This document shows, in pieces, positions 35,681 through 47,669 of a stretch of DNA of 64,000 nucleotides. Positions within the stretch are counted from its first letter, which is position 1, and the number at the start of each line of letters is the position of its first letter. The notes beneath the pieces are model-generated. The model was not told the DNA's origin, searched no databases, and saw only the letters and a program-made list of their open reading frames with translations. The stretch covers positions 19,953 to 83,952 of the IMG/VR virus record IMGVR_UViG_3300047310_000412; one strand, 5' to 3'. Both the position numbers and the translations under genes were made by a program. Source of the stretch: a virus.

Positions 35681-37183
35681 CTATTTCCTATCCCAGACGG
35701 TGTCGCCGTCATCCCAGGTGGTCTCGTCGCCGCCATCATCGCGTGCCAGTCCGGTGCCCCCGTCCCAGACCGTGCCGACACCAGGGATGTAGCCTTCACC
35801 AGGGGCCAGCATGACGCCCCAATACCCAGCATCCCAACCTTGCACCGACGTGGACGCGGCATCCCAGGCAAAGAAGGGCTTGCCCGGTGTCGGTTGCAGC
35901 ACATAAGCGCGCAGCGCGATACCCTCGGGGCGCAAATCCATCTGACCGGTCGTGAACAGCGACAACAGCACGATATCCGGTGCGCTCTCCGACAACAGAC
36001 CGTAGAGCATGGTCATGTTGCCGTAGTCTTGAATGACAACCTTGAGGCCGGTGTACTGGAAGAGCGTGTCCCACGCCTCATAGGCTTTGGGGATCGAGCC
36101 GTCCCAGTGATTGGCGATAATGGTCGAATAGAGCAGAAGCCGGTAGTGATAATCGTCCAGCCGCTGGAGCGCGTTGTCGGCGTCCATCGGCCCTTTCCAA
36201 TTGGCTTGGTTCCAGCCTAAGCCTTCCTCGTCCCAGCTAAAATAGACGGCGGGAAGTTCGATCCAGCGGCTCTTGCCAATCCATTCCCCGGTGAAATCCT
36301 CCTGCTGACCGACACTGTAATCGAGGTCAAAAAGGCCCGGAATACCGGCGACAAGTTGCTGATCCCCGATCATCGCGCCAATGCTTTCCGCCACGGTTGC
36401 CATATAGCGGGGGCGCTGGTTGTGCTCGCTGGTGATCAGATTGAGATAATCGATCGTGTTAAAAGTCGGGAACGGCAGCGGATAAGGCGGCAGCGGCACC
36501 GCAACTTCAGCAATTGCAAATGCCGCTCGCGCCCGCGCCGTGATCCTGCCGACGAGAATGTTTTGCCACGGTCCCGCGAAGCCAAATATCTGGGCGCGGC
36601 CCGCGATCCGTCCCGCCAGCGGCGCGACATAATAGGGACCAGTAAGAAGCCGCGTCTGGCTTCGGCTGGTGATCCTCCCCGAGAGGCTCAACGGCTCGGG
36701 CGAGATATGGGCGATACGCAGCCGTATCCGGCCTGACGCAATAATCCGGCCGGTCAGGAAAGTGGCGGGTATCGTGACAAGGATCGCATCCAGCATCCAC
36801 GCTGATGACTTAGCGGTGATGCCGCCGCTCAAAATGGCGGTAAAGCTCGGTGGTCGAAGCTCGGTATAAGCGCGCGCGGTGACGCGCCCGTAAAGCATCC
36901 GCAGGATATTCGGCGGCGTATTAAAGATCAGCGGCAGCGCGCCGCCCGAACTGCGTGCGGTGACGCGGGCGATGAGATAAGGCGGGAACCGGCCGTGTAT
37001 CTGCCCGCGTGCAGTGATCCGCCCGCTGAGATAAGGCGGCAGCACGCCAATGAATTGACTGATCGCGGTAATGCGGCCGGCCAGGACCGGCACATTAATA
37101 CTTAGGACACGCCCGGCACTTCTCGCGGTGATAGTCCCCGCAAGATTAACTTCTGCTAGCCCAGAGACAATCTCGTCAGCCAT
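35681..37183 (-). CDS. baseplate protein (DUF2612-like) with N-terminal GRITAR repeats
   Basis: YLNLITSEH...FDLDYSVGQQEDFTGEWIG...LDDYHYRLLL...NHWDG. Confidence 0.8.
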   Translation of the reverse strand: MADEIVSGLAEVNLAGTITARSAGRVLSINVPVLAGRITAISQFIGVLPPYLSGRITARGQIHGRFPPYLIARVTARSSGGALPLIFNTPPNILRMLYGRVTARAYTELRPPSFTAILSGGITAKSSAWMLDAILVTIPATFLTGRIIASGRIRLRIAHISPEPLSLSGRITSRSQTRLLTGPYYVAPLAGRIAGRAQIFGFAGPWQNILVGRITARARAAFAIAEVAVPLPPYPLPFPTFNTIDYLNLITSEHNQRPRYMATVAESIGAMIGDQQLVAGIPGLFDLDYSVGQQEDFTGEWIGKSRWIELPAVYFSWDEEGLGWNQANWKGPMDADNALQRLDDYHYRLLLYSTIIANHWDGSIPKAYEAWDTLFQYTGLKVVIQDYGNMTMLYGLLSESAPDIVLLSLFTTGQMDLRPEGIALRAYVLQPTPGKPFFAWDAASTSVQGWDAGYWGVMLAPGEGYIPGVGTVWDGGTGLARDDGGDETTWDDGDTVWDRK

Positions 37184-37843
37184 CTACGCAAGCGTGATCG
37201 ACAGTGAATTGGCAGGGAATGTCGCTTGCACATTGGCGATGATGCTTTGCGTGGCGACCTTGCGGACACTGCCATCGCCGCTGGTGATACTGTTGACCGC
37301 CAGCCCGCCTTGGGTCGTGGTGAAGGTGTCGGTCAGACTGTTGGCGACAAGCAGCGCCCCGGTCAGACCGCCTTGATTGTAAGTCGGTGCAACGCCGCCA
37401 TACTCGAGCGAGAACATCACCGTGTCGCCGTTGAGGAAATTATGCCGGGGCGATGTAATAACGGCCGGCGCGGCAGCGCTGACCGTGCAGGGTAACCACG
37501 CAAAGGCCCCGAAATAATCCCATGCCATGAGATTACCCGCCGTCGCCGCGTCGTAGATACCAAAAGCGAGGACCGTGCCCCAGCCTGCCGTCGAGACCGG
37601 AAAGACGATCGGGTTCGCGTTCTGGATAAGGCTCGGGGCCTGCGAACTGGGGGCTGACCAGTCGGTCGGTGCCGTGGCCACGCGTGAATAGGCTCCCCCG
37701 GCAACTTCGGTAAAGCCGGTCCCGTCATCCGCCCCTGCGGCGGTAAAAAGCGCCACATAGGCCGTGCGCAGCGCGAAGATCGCGGTCTTGCCGGTAATGT
37801 GACCAAGCACTCCTTGTGAAGTGTACGTCGTTAGCCCAGACAT
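37184..37843 (-). CDS. virion structural/fibre-associated protein
   Basis: YVALFTA...EVAGGAYSRV...FPVSTAGWGTV..FGIYDAATAGN, a common phage structural module. Confidence 0.7.
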   Translation of the reverse strand: MSGLTTYTSQGVLGHITGKTAIFALRTAYVALFTAAGADDGTGFTEVAGGAYSRVATAPTDWSAPSSQAPSLIQNANPIVFPVSTAGWGTVLAFGIYDAATAGNLMAWDYFGAFAWLPCTVSAAAPAVITSPRHNFLNGDTVMFSLEYGGVAPTYNQGGLTGALLVANSLTDTFTTTQGGLAVNSITSGDGSVRKVATQSIIANVQATFPANSLSITLA

Positions 37844-37856
37844 GGTCTTGCTCCCC

Positions 37857-39035
37857 TTATGAGACAGTGACGGTGATCAAGTCGGCTTCACACATTGCCG
37901 CCTCGATAAACGAGATAGAAACATCGGCACTGGAAGGCGGCGCACCATCGCGCGATTGCTGGACCAGTGTAACATCGTAGGTCAGCCCGTCCGGTTCCGG
38001 TAACTGCGTCGCCGCGATCAATTTGGAGATGTAGCTGTCGTAGCCGATCGGCAGCGTCACCAAATAATTGATAACCTGATTGACGATTTCTGTCTCGATC
38101 GCCTGGGTGAAACCAGCAAGTGCCTTCAGATAAATGTTCACCCTGACCGGCACCATGATCAATTGGAAGAAATTGATCCTGGCCGGGATACCACGTATGT
38201 CATAGATGATGATCGACGTGGTGCCAAAAGTCGGACTGCCCGGCGTCTTGCGCAGCGCGATGGCGTTGGCGATAGCCTGGGCGTCGCCGCCCTGCACCAC
38301 CACTGCCATCGAATAAGCCGGGATGCCGTTTACATCGGGCGCGTTGGTCGGGTTCTCGTAGACCATCACGCGCTGCACACCATAGAGATTTTCGATCGCG
38401 CCCTGGATGCCAAGCACCACCGTCTGCGAAGGATTAGCTGTCGATTGCGTCTGGCGGCGGCGCAACTGCGCATCGCTCTCGACCGGTGCGCCGACAAACG
38501 CCGCAGATACGTCGTTATTCACCGTCTGCCAGCCAGGGACCGGTGTCAAAATCTGCGTGATCGTACCGACATTAGCTACCACCGCGCCCAGCGTCGTACA
38601 GGTCGCTGTGACCGTGATTTCGCCCTCGGGAGGGATGATGATCCCGTCAGGCAACAGCCACTGCGTGCTGAGATTAAGATCGTCGCCGACAAGGCTACCG
38701 CCAATATTCGTCCCAGCCTGCCCGACACAGCGGACGGCAACCGTGCTAAAGGACGCCACCAAGCGGCGGATGCCGTTGATCTTAACCACCGAACTGAGGC
38801 CGCCGCCAACAGCATAAGAGGGGCTATAGGAGAGATAGGTCGCGGCGACCGTCAGATTGGTGTCGTTGATCGCCTTGGCGATCACCGATAACCACTGCCC
38901 GTCCTGAGTATCCGGGTCAAGATCGACATCACTTCCATAGATCGCTTTGTACTGATCCTGCAAATAGACCAGAACATCAGTAAAGAGCGGGACAGTGACA
39001 CCGTTGCCATCGATCACGGTAATCGGAAAAGCCAT
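37857..39035 (-). CDS. baseplate J/gp47-family wedge protein
   Basis: IYGSDVDLDPDTQDGQ, NGIRR, ESDAQLRRRQ, VYEN, GGDAQAIA. Confidence 0.88.
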   Translation of the reverse strand: MAFPITVIDGNGVTVPLFTDVLVYLQDQYKAIYGSDVDLDPDTQDGQWLSVIAKAINDTNLTVAATYLSYSPSYAVGGGLSSVVKINGIRRLVASFSTVAVRCVGQAGTNIGGSLVGDDLNLSTQWLLPDGIIIPPEGEITVTATCTTLGAVVANVGTITQILTPVPGWQTVNNDVSAAFVGAPVESDAQLRRRQTQSTANPSQTVVLGIQGAIENLYGVQRVMVYENPTNAPDVNGIPAYSMAVVVQGGDAQAIANAIALRKTPGSPTFGTTSIIIYDIRGIPARINFFQLIMVPVRVNIYLKALAGFTQAIETEIVNQVINYLVTLPIGYDSYISKLIAATQLPEPDGLTYDVTLVQQSRDGAPPSSADVSISFIEAAMCEADLITVTVS

Positions 39036-39041
39036 CGCTTT

Positions 39042-39536
39042 TTACCTCGCTGGCAAGCGCCGCAACAGCGGGGGAACAGGCCAGCCTTGGGGCATGCGCG
39101 GGGCCGGGGCAACAGCCACATTGATCGCCGGCTGTGCCGTTTCAGTCTGCTGGTTGATAGCCAGTTCGAACTGACGGCCATAGATCGTGTCGATCGTCGC
39201 GCCAACCGCAAACGCCCGCGTGTCCGGATCGACCGCGCTGTAGTAATTATTCAGCGTGAACACGCCGTCAGTCGTGACAATGCGTTCGCGGATCGCGGCG
39301 TCCCGCGACAATTGCGTGTGGACACCTAAAATCCGGCCCTGCCGTACCACCAGATCATTGAGCGGGAAACCGCCCCATGGAGTTCCAGCGGTGGTGTCGA
39401 GAAACCATTCACCCGTGAACAGCAAGAGGCGCGTCATAACCGATTGCCCGACGCCTTCCGGCTGGTCATGCCAGAAATCGCCCGCACTGTGGCCGAACTG
39501 CATGTCCCGATTGGCGTCGAGCTTTCGGTAGCGCAT
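39042..39536 (-). CDS. baseplate wedge subunit (gp25/GP46-like)
   Basis: MRYRKLDANRDMQFG...TRLLLFTGEWFLDTTAGTPW...IDTIYG. Confidence 0.75.
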   Translation of the reverse strand: MRYRKLDANRDMQFGHSAGDFWHDQPEGVGQSVMTRLLLFTGEWFLDTTAGTPWGGFPLNDLVVRQGRILGVHTQLSRDAAIRERIVTTDGVFTLNNYYSAVDPDTRAFAVGATIDTIYGRQFELAINQQTETAQPAINVAVAPAPRMPQGWPVPPLLRRLPAR

Positions 39537-39736
39537 TAGTTGGGCATCGACGGCGGGGGCATGCCGATCTGGTCCACGCCATTCTGCGGCATTTGCTGCT
39601 GCAACTGGTTGCTGATCGACTGGATCAGCGGCGCGGCCAGTTCGTAAGGGGCCTTGACCAAGGCCGCCATCACACCATTCCACTGCTGAGCTTCGAGGCT
39701 GATGTTAAGCTGTGTCGTCGGTGAAATCGGGTCCAT
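39536..39736 (-). CDS. small hypothetical protein
   Basis: GGAGG RBS; TAATG-coupled. Confidence 0.6.
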   Translation of the reverse strand: MDPISPTTQLNISLEAQQWNGVMAALVKAPYELAAPLIQSISNQLQQQMPQNGVDQIGMPPPSMPN

Positions 39737-39757
39737 CGCTCTTCCTCCTCCTGGGGT

Positions 39758-40039
39758 TTACTTCCTGACATCCAAAGCCGTTAACTCTTGGTCGATCGCC
39801 TCGTTGCGTGCATAGAGCGCGGCCAGTGCCTGCACTACCAGATCGGGCGGATTGGGCGGCGGCAACGGGATCGAAACTGCCACTTGCAGCGTCGGCGGTG
39901 GATCATCCGTTGGCGTCGGCGGATTGATCACTAGCATACTGAGCGTGCCGCCTCTATTCAGATAATCGATTGCCATCTGAACCTGTTGCTGCTCCAGATA
40001 AAGCGCGTGGACTTGCGGGATATTGCTGTAATCGGTCAT
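39758..40039 (-). CDS. fibre-associated small protein (paralog family)
   Basis: [10 protein letters not shown]...AIDYLNRGGT. Confidence 0.65.
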   Translation of the reverse strand: MTDYSNIPQVHALYLEQQQVQMAIDYLNRGGTLSMLVINPPTPTDDPPPTLQVAVSIPLPPPNPPDLVVQALAALYARNEAIDQELTALDVRK

Positions 40040-40650
40040 GCGTGCCCCCGGCTAGCTGGTGGTGCGGTAACAACGACACTATTCGACGGCGGTGCTGTAG
40101 TTGTACCGATCGCATTGCTCGCCGTCACCGTGCAGCCGATAGTCTGCCCGACATCGGCAAAGCTGATCGGATAAAGTGATGCGTTGGTTCCTATCAGCGT
40201 GCCGTCATCCTTCGCCCACTGATAGGCGTAGGTAGCTGGCGATTGCTGCATGTTGTTCCAATTCCCCATGGTGCAGGTCAGATTATTGCCGGCCTGCTCG
40301 ACATAAGGGACATCGACATTCTCAGGCGGATCGGTGATCGGCGGCGGCGGCGGACCGACATCGTAAGTGGCAAGTTCATCGACAATATTCTGCTGCCGCG
40401 TCGTCAGCCAATCGTTGAGCGCATTGATCATCTCATCCGACAACGGCTCGGTGACCTGGATATTGACCGACATCATCATCGTCGTCGGAAGAGGAGGAGG
40501 CATCCCATCGAGCGCAGGCGGCGGGACCGGCGGCGCAATCGTGAAATTCGACATGGTGCCGCCGGCAGCGAGCATGTCGAGCGCCTGTTGCGTTCGCTCG
40601 CTCTCACCGTGCAGCGTCGTGACAGTCGGGATGTCGGCGTAATCGGTCAT
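40036..40650 (-). CDS. fibre-associated protein with C-terminal Ig-like domain
   Basis: [10 protein letters not shown]...[10 protein letters not shown]; LTCTMGNW...YAYQW...[14 protein letters not shown]. Confidence 0.7.
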   Translation of the reverse strand: MTDYADIPTVTTLHGESERTQQALDMLAAGGTMSNFTIAPPVPPPALDGMPPPLPTTMMMSVNIQVTEPLSDEMINALNDWLTTRQQNIVDELATYDVGPPPPPITDPPENVDVPYVEQAGNNLTCTMGNWNNMQQSPATYAYQWAKDDGTLIGTNASLYPISFADVGQTIGCTVTASNAIGTTTAPPSNSVVVTAPPASRGHA

Positions 40651-42974
40651 GCGCGGGCCTCCTTCAAACTGGCTACTTCAGCAGCCAGTTCTTTTACCGC
40701 ATTGATGAGCGCGGCGGTAATTTGCGCGTAATCGATGGCCAAGCGCGGCTCATCGCCTAAATTGGTCTCGATCAACTTTACAGCTTGCGGCAGGACCGTC
40801 TGAACTTCCTGGGCGATCAAGCCAAGCTCCTCGCGATCCGGTGTCGCGCGGCGGCGAAAGGTCTTAGGGACCAGACCAAGAATACAAACGAGACCGATAT
40901 CGCTGGCGGCAATGTTGATTTTTAACCGCTCATCCGAATAGGCATTAAAGGCCGATGCCGTCATCGCGCCGTTGCCGGCGTAGAACACCGAGTCACCCGC
41001 CCCGCTACCAGACCAAAAGGCATTGATGACGCCCCCGGAGTAGCAAAGATACCGCCCGCCATTGCACTGGTAGTCTCCAGCGGCTCCAACAGTACCGTGG
41101 GACTGAAGTGATCCCGCAATGCAGGCATTGGGGCAGTTCAGTTGGTTGCCGGAATTGATGTTTCCCGCGTTCCAGATATCGCCGCGTGAATAGAGACCGG
41201 CAGCATGTACAACTTGGTCGAAGTAAGCGTAGCCGCTGTTGTTGTAGAGGCGATTGCCACCAAAATAGAGACTGCCGTTGGTCTGAAGATCACCATCGGT
41301 GTGGAACGAATTTGTTGTCCACCACCAGCCGCTATTGTTGTGAACCTGCAATCCTGCGAGATAGAAATAGTTATTACAAGTAATATTGTTGGCTTGGAAA
41401 TCACTATCAGTATGGATCGGGTTCGGCGTCCACCACCAGCCGCCGTTGTTCCACCATTGGCATCCTCCAATAAAGAAGCTGCCACTCGAATAGACATTGC
41501 CGCCAGTGAAAGACCCAGGACAGGAGCAGTTCCCGCCACCATCCGCAAAGAAGATACGTGCGCCGCCGTAGTTGCGCATCTCGACGCCGATGTTGGCGCT
41601 CCCCGGCTTGAGGATCAGATAATTGCCGTCACCGTAGACCAGCGGCCCGCCAGAGCCATTGACCGGTTGCCCGCCGGAACTGTTGAGCCAAAGATACTGG
41701 CCCGCACAATAGTAGTTTCCGGCACAGTTGAAGTTATTACGCGAGTATATGTCGTAGACATTGACCGATCCGCCGACATAGAACGAGCTATCGCACTGTA
41801 CCGGCCCCGGAAATTCGATATTCCCCCAAACGCCTGCCGACGCTCGGTAGTAGCCGATCTGTGCCCAGTTTGCCGAGGTCTCGGGCTTGAAGGTAAGAAA
41901 GGAATTTCTATCGCTCTTGTAGACCGTGAGGCTGTCGCCCCCATCAGCCCCCTGGACCGCGATAGCGTTAGACTGAACCGGCCCGTTTGACTCCAGGCGA
42001 ACCGGGCCGCCACGATAATGCGTGCTGCGGTTGGTCTCACTGAAGTACAATTCGTTGTTGGTGTAGAAAGTGCAGATAGTCTGCGCCGCCCCGGTAGTAT
42101 CCTTGGCTTGCAAATACGTGCCGTTGTTCATCACGACGTAGCCGTTGGGGTACACCGAAAGCAGATCGCTCGTGCCGGTGTTCCACAGACGGGCAATATT
42201 GCTCGTGGCGTACCAACCCCAAGAGGAAGTTCCGGTACGATCGGCAAACAAGAGAATGGCGTTGCTGCCTGCGGAAGAGATACTGTTGCCAGCGCTGATA
42301 TTGCCGGGCAGTGTCAGATTGCCGGTCCCGCTCAGTGTCATCATTATCGCGGTGCCGGCAAACCACTGAAACTGCGCGGTGCTGCCGGGGACCGAAAACC
42401 ACAGTGTGCCGCTTGCCATACCAAGGGCATAGTCAACGGCGGCACCACCAAGGCCATCCCACAACGTGAATTTAGTCCCCGGAGAGCGCGTGGTGAAGGT
42501 CGGATTACCCAGACCGACATTGTTGAAGTGAATTAAATTCGACGTGCCGTTATTGGCTGAAATTAGTCCCGGCGCGGTCGTCCAGTCAGTCGCGACAAAA
42601 TGGCCGGCCCCGTCGCTGTACTGGATTTGCCCAGCGGTGCCCACCGATGTCGATGTTCCCTGCGGGCCGATCGGCCCCTGCGAGCCGACTGGCCCCTGTA
42701 TCCCCTGCGGCCCCTGTGGGCCGGTCGGTCCCGGCACTGTCGAGGTGGGGCCTACTGGACCCTGCACGCCGGTATTTCCGGTCGAACCCTTTGGCCCGAC
42801 TGGACCCTGGATACCCTGTGGCCCCTGTGGCCCCTGTGGGCCGGGCGGCCCTTGATAGGCGCTCTGGGTGGAATAGGCCTCCCATTTCTGGCCATCCCAT
42901 TTCCACGTGTCACCAGCGGTCGCGTCGCTGAACATCTGGCCGTTGGTTGGATTGGCTGGGAAGTCAAGAGACAT
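40647..42974 (-). CDS. collagen-containing tail fibre with S74 chaperone
   Basis: [18 protein letters not shown]; Gly-X-Y run; [10 protein letters not shown]...GLIAQEVQ. Confidence 0.85.
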   Translation of the reverse strand: MSLDFPANPTNGQMFSDATAGDTWKWDGQKWEAYSTQSAYQGPPGPQGPQGPQGIQGPVGPKGSTGNTGVQGPVGPTSTVPGPTGPQGPQGIQGPVGSQGPIGPQGTSTSVGTAGQIQYSDGAGHFVATDWTTAPGLISANNGTSNLIHFNNVGLGNPTFTTRSPGTKFTLWDGLGGAAVDYALGMASGTLWFSVPGSTAQFQWFAGTAIMMTLSGTGNLTLPGNISAGNSISSAGSNAILLFADRTGTSSWGWYATSNIARLWNTGTSDLLSVYPNGYVVMNNGTYLQAKDTTGAAQTICTFYTNNELYFSETNRSTHYRGGPVRLESNGPVQSNAIAVQGADGGDSLTVYKSDRNSFLTFKPETSANWAQIGYYRASAGVWGNIEFPGPVQCDSSFYVGGSVNVYDIYSRNNFNCAGNYYCAGQYLWLNSSGGQPVNGSGGPLVYGDGNYLILKPGSANIGVEMRNYGGARIFFADGGGNCSCPGSFTGGNVYSSGSFFIGGCQWWNNGGWWWTPNPIHTDSDFQANNITCNNYFYLAGLQVHNNSGWWWTTNSFHTDGDLQTNGSLYFGGNRLYNNSGYAYFDQVVHAAGLYSRGDIWNAGNINSGNQLNCPNACIAGSLQSHGTVGAAGDYQCNGGRYLCYSGGVINAFWSGSGAGDSVFYAGNGAMTASAFNAYSDERLKINIAASDIGLVCILGLVPKTFRRRATPDREELGLIAQEVQTVLPQAVKLIETNLGDEPRLAIDYAQITAALINAVKELAAEVASLKEARA

Positions 42975-45900
42975 ATCTTGCCTCCAAGGCCTCGACGCGC
43001 GCCGTCAGCGCACTATTGCTGGCGGCAAGCTCCTGGCAGGCTTTCCAGAGGACCGCCACAAGCTCGGTCTTATCGACCGCCTCATGCTCGCCGTCGCGGT
43101 GGTAGCCGCCCCAATCCTCGCCGATGACCGTCGCCACCTCGTCGGCGACAAAGCCATAATGCACTCGGTTGTCGGGGACTTTGTCTTGACGCCAGCGAAA
43201 TTGAACGGCGCGTAGCGCGCTGATCTTCTCCAAGGCCGGCGACAGTTCCGCGATGTCGGTTTTCAAATTACGGCTAGACGAACCCGGATAGCCAAGCGAA
43301 TAGACATTGCCCCAGGCTTGGCCGTTCATACCGCAATTGGCGCTGTTGCCGGTAACAGGAGCGAAGTTTAGGTTGGTAAACTGGAACATATTACCGGCGG
43401 CGCTATGCCAGAGATAAGCCCAATCACTGCTGGCGTACCAGCCAAAGTTGTTGGGTGCGTTGCGGTTGTCGAACGAAAGCATCGCCGAACTACCAACGGT
43501 ATGATATGACTGCGCCTGGGACCCGCCGTTGATAGTTTCGACGCCGTTGACCGTGACCGCCGCTAGGCTTGATGCTCCGTTGACAGTAAGCCCACCACCT
43601 ATGGAGCAAGCACCATCTGCGTGCAGACCGGCGTAAGAATACAAACCATTGCCACCGGCAAGAACACCAGCAGCTACGTAAAACCAGCCGTTGTTGTAAA
43701 TATCCATACCGTTAAGATTGAAATGGCCTTGAACAGTTAATTGTCCACCTACGATAACTTGGTTTCCAGTGTTATTACCGTTGAGCCAAATAGTGGTGTT
43801 ACTTTCAATGTGGGCGTTGCCATCATCGAATATCTGGAGATAATTGCCGCCGTTGTTACATTGGATGATGTTGCTGGCACTGCTATTGGTCATCGTGAGG
43901 CCGGTATTGCAGTACACCCCGTGACCAAATGTTATGTTACCGTTGGAGAGAGTTACAGTGAGGGGGCGAAGCCCGTTCCAATTACCCCAAGCATCGTTTA
44001 CAGCGGTCAGCAGCAGATACATATTCGCCGTGTCGGTGTACCACATCGAGCCGTAGCTGGTGTTGTCGTTGTTAGGGCACATGCGGTAAGACGGGCCGCC
44101 GCCGAGTTTGAAAAACGACACATAGGAAGCAAAACCGGTGGGGCCAAGCACCGACAGCAGTGTAGATGTACTCGCGCCAGTTAACTGCCGCCAATGAAAT
44201 GAGTTGAAGCCAGTGGCTCCAGTATAGCAATTCCATTGAACCACTTCACCACCACTTTGGGTGAAGTTCCACGACAAGGCGCAGGCAGTCCCGCCTGGGG
44301 CTGCTGGATAAGCGCCTGTATTAGCCCCAAAATAGAAATAACCACTCGTTGACAAAGTAGAACTAACCATCACCGGGCCGGTCACCGTCCCGCCGGTCAA
44401 TGCTAAGTCGAGCGAAGCGTGGCCGGTCAATGCCCCAACAAAGGTGGGCGCTGTGACTGTCCCACTGTGGGCAGCATTCCCGTTGGCATTAAATGTGTGT
44501 ATTTGAGAGCCGCTGGTACTCTGGACAGCGAACGCACCATTACCCGTGCCAAGATGCGCGATCGTGTTATTTTGGTCGCTGTAAAAGAAACAGCCGCCAG
44601 CGGCGTTGACGTTGCCGGTTGCGTTGCTAAAGTAAAGGTAAGTGCCGCCTGCCGTAATCTGACCACCGACTGTCAGGTTACCCGCATCAGTCAATTGAAA
44701 AGGAACGGCAGTGTACGCATTGTTAACAATCTCAAGGTTGCCATTGAGAACCCTGATAGTTTTACTCGGGGTCGTCGCCCCGTTTCCGGTCATCTTAAAA
44801 TTGACGCCGTTGCCGTCATTTACCGCTGATAAATTTAACGAAGTCGTACTGCTGGTGGTTGGATCAGTGATCGCCAGCGCGCCGGTAAGCTGAAGCCCCA
44901 TCCCAGAAAACCGCGCGACTTCGGTCAGCGCACCCAAAATAGCAGGCCGGATTGATAAATAGCCCTGACGTGAAGCATCGGTCGTAGTCGAGAAACCGCC
45001 AGCCAAATGCACCGCTGACCGAATTTGCACGTCCGACATGACCGAGAGGTCAAAGACAGCCTCGTTAGCAACATTTACCGCCGTCGAATTTTCCAGCCGG
45101 ATACGGCAAGTGGCTGAATTACTGGTGACCAAGAATGGAAACCCGCTCGCCGTTGTGCTGATCGCCAAATTGCCGCTCAGCGTCCCGCCGGTCAGCGGTA
45201 GGTAGACGCCGGAACCGCCGGTATAGCCTTGCGCCTTGACCCAGGCTGTCGTCGCGATGCTGATGCCGTTATCGGCGGTCGGCGGTGTCGGTGCCTGCGG
45301 ATTGCCAGTGAAGAGCGGACTGGCAAGCGGTGCATAGTTCTGGTTGCTCGCGGCCGTCACCAAGCCCTTGGCATTGATGGTGAGGCCTTGGAACGTCCCG
45401 ACATTGGCGTTGACCGTCGCGAATGTCAGCGGGATCGCCGTGGTGCCGGTCCCGGTCGCGTCGCCCGAGATGGTGATGGTCTGGTTGCCGGTGATGTATG
45501 TCGAGTTACTCGCCCCGATGACTTGGCCCTTGGCGTTCACCGAGATGTTGTTGAACGTCCCGACATTGGCGTTGACCACCGGCAGCGTGGTGACGATCGC
45601 CGTTGTGCCGCTGCCCGCGATATCACCAGTTATGGTGATCGTCTTATTGGGTGCGGCGGTGATCGCGGCTGTGACAAAAGCCGTCGTCGCGAGGCTTGTA
45701 TTGCTGGTCCCGGCGGTCTGAGTTATGCCGATCGCGCCTGTGGGTAGCGACGGCACGCCGGTAAAGACCGGTGAAGCCAACGGCGCATAAGGCGACAACA
45801 GCGCGATAAACCCAGCACCACTGACCGTGCCGGATGCCGTCAGCGTGGTAAACGCCCCGGTATTTGGTGTCACCGCACCAACTGTGCCTTGGTGTGGCCC

Positions 45901-47334
45901 TTGAAAACTCGTCCCGATCAGCGCGCCCGAGAGCGTCCCACCCGTGAGAGGCAGATATGGCGTGGCGACATCGATCGTCGGCGGCGTCGTGCCGGTATTG
46001 AGGAAGAGGCCCGGTCCGGTCTGATAGACGCCCTGCGGCCCCGTGGCTCCGGTGTCACCCTGCGGGCCTTGCGGCCCCATCGACCCCTGCGGCCCCTGCG
46101 CGCCGATATTGCCCTGGACGCCCTGCGGCCCCTGCGGCCCTGTTGGGCCGGCGACGCCCTGTGGCCCATTTGGCCCCTGCGGACCAATCGCCCCCGGCGG
46201 CCCTGGCACCGTGGAGTCCGCACCGGCTGGGCCGGCGGGGCCTCGCGGACCGGTCGAACCGGGCGCACCGGGCGCACCGGCCGGCCCGATCAGCGATATC
46301 CCTGGCGTAGGCCATGCGCCCAGCGTCTTGGGGCCGTAGATAACGTGAGCGAGATTATCGATATAGAAATCGCCATTCTCGCCAATGGCCACTGTAGGCC
46401 CGCCAGAGCCGTTCCAGATGGTATTGCCATCGGGTGGTCCCGGCGGCCCCGGTGCGCCCGGCGGCCCAGTCTGGTTGGTCGCGGCAACCCATTGCGCGCT
46501 GTTCCCATCGTCGTACCAGACGTAGAGTTGGCCGCCGATGCTATCCCACCAGAAATTACCGACAACGGGAGCGGCCGGGGGATTAGGGCCGGGGGAACCA
46601 CCGCCACCGCCACCGCCTCCCCCGCCGCCGCTACCGATCGGCACGCCGTTGACAAAGAACCCCTGTGACGCATCGACCTTGCCCGTCGCCTTGGTCATCG
46701 GCGTGTCGAGCGTGATCTGCCCGCTGGCCTTCTGGTGGGAGTTCTCTACATCGGTATTAAAGCCCTTGCCATTGATTGCGGTCGGGTTATTCGGCGCGGT
46801 CATCGTCATCGAACCGCCGCCGGTCGGATTGAAGCTAAAGTTGGTCTTGCCGTCCGTCGTCCGCATCTGCATCGATGTCGTATCGACACTGGGCAGCGCT
46901 TGAGGCACCGAGCGGAAGCCGGGGATAAAGAACCCGTCCGACAGATCATGCATCCGGCTGGCGAACTGGCTCTGGATGCCGCCCTGCGTAAACCAGTTGT
47001 CGATCGACCGGCTGGCAAAGACCGCCAGTCCCTCATCCCCCTTGGCGACCGGGATGGTGATCGCCATGCCGCCACCGCCCAGATGCAGTGTCGGCATGGT
47101 AATCTTGGGGATCGCATTCCACTGGATTTCGCCGTCTTTCAGCGTTGCCAGCTTGATCGCGACGTTGCCGTCTACTGTATTGGTCTTGGGATCGTGGCTC
47201 TCGGCAACAACCGGATGGGCTGTATGCGTGCGGGCTAGCCACGCTTCAAAAAGCTGACGCAGCGCCTCATGCGGATCGTGGAAGCGCTCCGTCGCGTCGA
47301 ATAGCTGATTTTGGTCTTCACTGTCCGCCATCAC
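42964..47334 (-). CDS. central spike (gp138/gpV-like N-terminus) fused to collagen, fibre body and S74 chaperone
   Basis: [20 protein letters not shown]...[13 protein letters not shown]; collagen; SSRNLKTDI...YGFVADEV. Confidence 0.82.
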   Translation of the reverse strand: MMADSEDQNQLFDATERFHDPHEALRQLFEAWLARTHTAHPVVAESHDPKTNTVDGNVAIKLATLKDGEIQWNAIPKITMPTLHLGGGGMAITIPVAKGDEGLAVFASRSIDNWFTQGGIQSQFASRMHDLSDGFFIPGFRSVPQALPSVDTTSMQMRTTDGKTNFSFNPTGGGSMTMTAPNNPTAINGKGFNTDVENSHQKASGQITLDTPMTKATGKVDASQGFFVNGVPIGSGGGGGGGGGGGSPGPNPPAAPVVGNFWWDSIGGQLYVWYDDGNSAQWVAATNQTGPPGAPGPPGPPDGNTIWNGSGGPTVAIGENGDFYIDNLAHVIYGPKTLGAWPTPGISLIGPAGAPGAPGSTGPRGPAGPAGADSTVPGPPGAIGPQGPNGPQGVAGPTGPQGPQGVQGNIGAQGPQGSMGPQGPQGDTGATGPQGVYQTGPGLFLNTGTTPPTIDVATPYLPLTGGTLSGALIGTSFQGPHQGTVGAVTPNTGAFTTLTASGTVSGAGFIALLSPYAPLASPVFTGVPSLPTGAIGITQTAGTSNTSLATTAFVTAAITAAPNKTITITGDIAGSGTTAIVTTLPVVNANVGTFNNISVNAKGQVIGASNSTYITGNQTITISGDATGTGTTAIPLTFATVNANVGTFQGLTINAKGLVTAASNQNYAPLASPLFTGNPQAPTPPTADNGISIATTAWVKAQGYTGGSGVYLPLTGGTLSGNLAISTTASGFPFLVTSNSATCRIRLENSTAVNVANEAVFDLSVMSDVQIRSAVHLAGGFSTTTDASRQGYLSIRPAILGALTEVARFSGMGLQLTGALAITDPTTSSTTSLNLSAVNDGNGVNFKMTGNGATTPSKTIRVLNGNLEIVNNAYTAVPFQLTDAGNLTVGGQITAGGTYLYFSNATGNVNAAGGCFFYSDQNNTIAHLGTGNGAFAVQSTSGSQIHTFNANGNAAHSGTVTAPTFVGALTGHASLDLALTGGTVTGPVMVSSTLSTSGYFYFGANTGAYPAAPGGTACALSWNFTQSGGEVVQWNCYTGATGFNSFHWRQLTGASTSTLLSVLGPTGFASYVSFFKLGGGPSYRMCPNNDNTSYGSMWYTDTANMYLLLTAVNDAWGNWNGLRPLTVTLSNGNITFGHGVYCNTGLTMTNSSASNIIQCNNGGNYLQIFDDGNAHIESNTTIWLNGNNTGNQVIVGGQLTVQGHFNLNGMDIYNNGWFYVAAGVLAGGNGLYSYAGLHADGACSIGGGLTVNGASSLAAVTVNGVETINGGSQAQSYHTVGSSAMLSFDNRNAPNNFGWYASSDWAYLWHSAAGNMFQFTNLNFAPVTGNSANCGMNGQAWGNVYSLGYPGSSSRNLKTDIAELSPALEKISALRAVQFRWRQDKVPDNRVHYGFVADEVATVIGEDWGGYHRDGEHEAVDKTELVAVLWKACQELAASNSALTARVEALEARYVS

Positions 47335-47339
47335 GCCTC

Positions 47340-47669
47340 CTATGGCATGACCAGATAGACGTGCCCGTCCGCCCCGAGATTATCAAAGTTCGGCACCGTG
47401 TCGGGCGAGATACCGGGGCCGATCGTCATCACCGTGATCGCGGTGTGTGCGCCCAACGGCAGATAGATAAACTGCTCCAGCACGTCGCAGCCGGTGACCA
47501 GCGCTAGCCCCATGAGGAGCGGCACGCCGGCCGTGTCAGAAATATCGAGCATCCAGGCCTGGATGCTCGGGTTCCATTTGAACTGCAAGGCATAGGCGAC
47601 ACCGTCCCACGTCACGTTCTCGGAGAACGGTTGCCCTGCGAGGGTGGGGATTTCGGCGATCGTTGCCAT
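47340..47669 (-). CDS. small baseplate protein
   Basis: EIP...QPF...KWN...WMLDI...LVTGCDVLEQF; conserved gene position. Confidence 0.7.
   Translation of the reverse strand: MATIAEIPTLAGQPFSENVTWDGVAYALQFKWNPSIQAWMLDISDTAGVPLLMGLALVTGCDVLEQFIYLPLGAHTAITVMTIGPGISPDTVPNFDNLGADGHVYLVMP

Noticed and set aside
33503-47334. Diversity-generating retroelement or invertible fibre cassette
   Set aside because: No reverse transcriptase, invertase or TR/VR repeat pair seen; all fibre genes are co-oriented.
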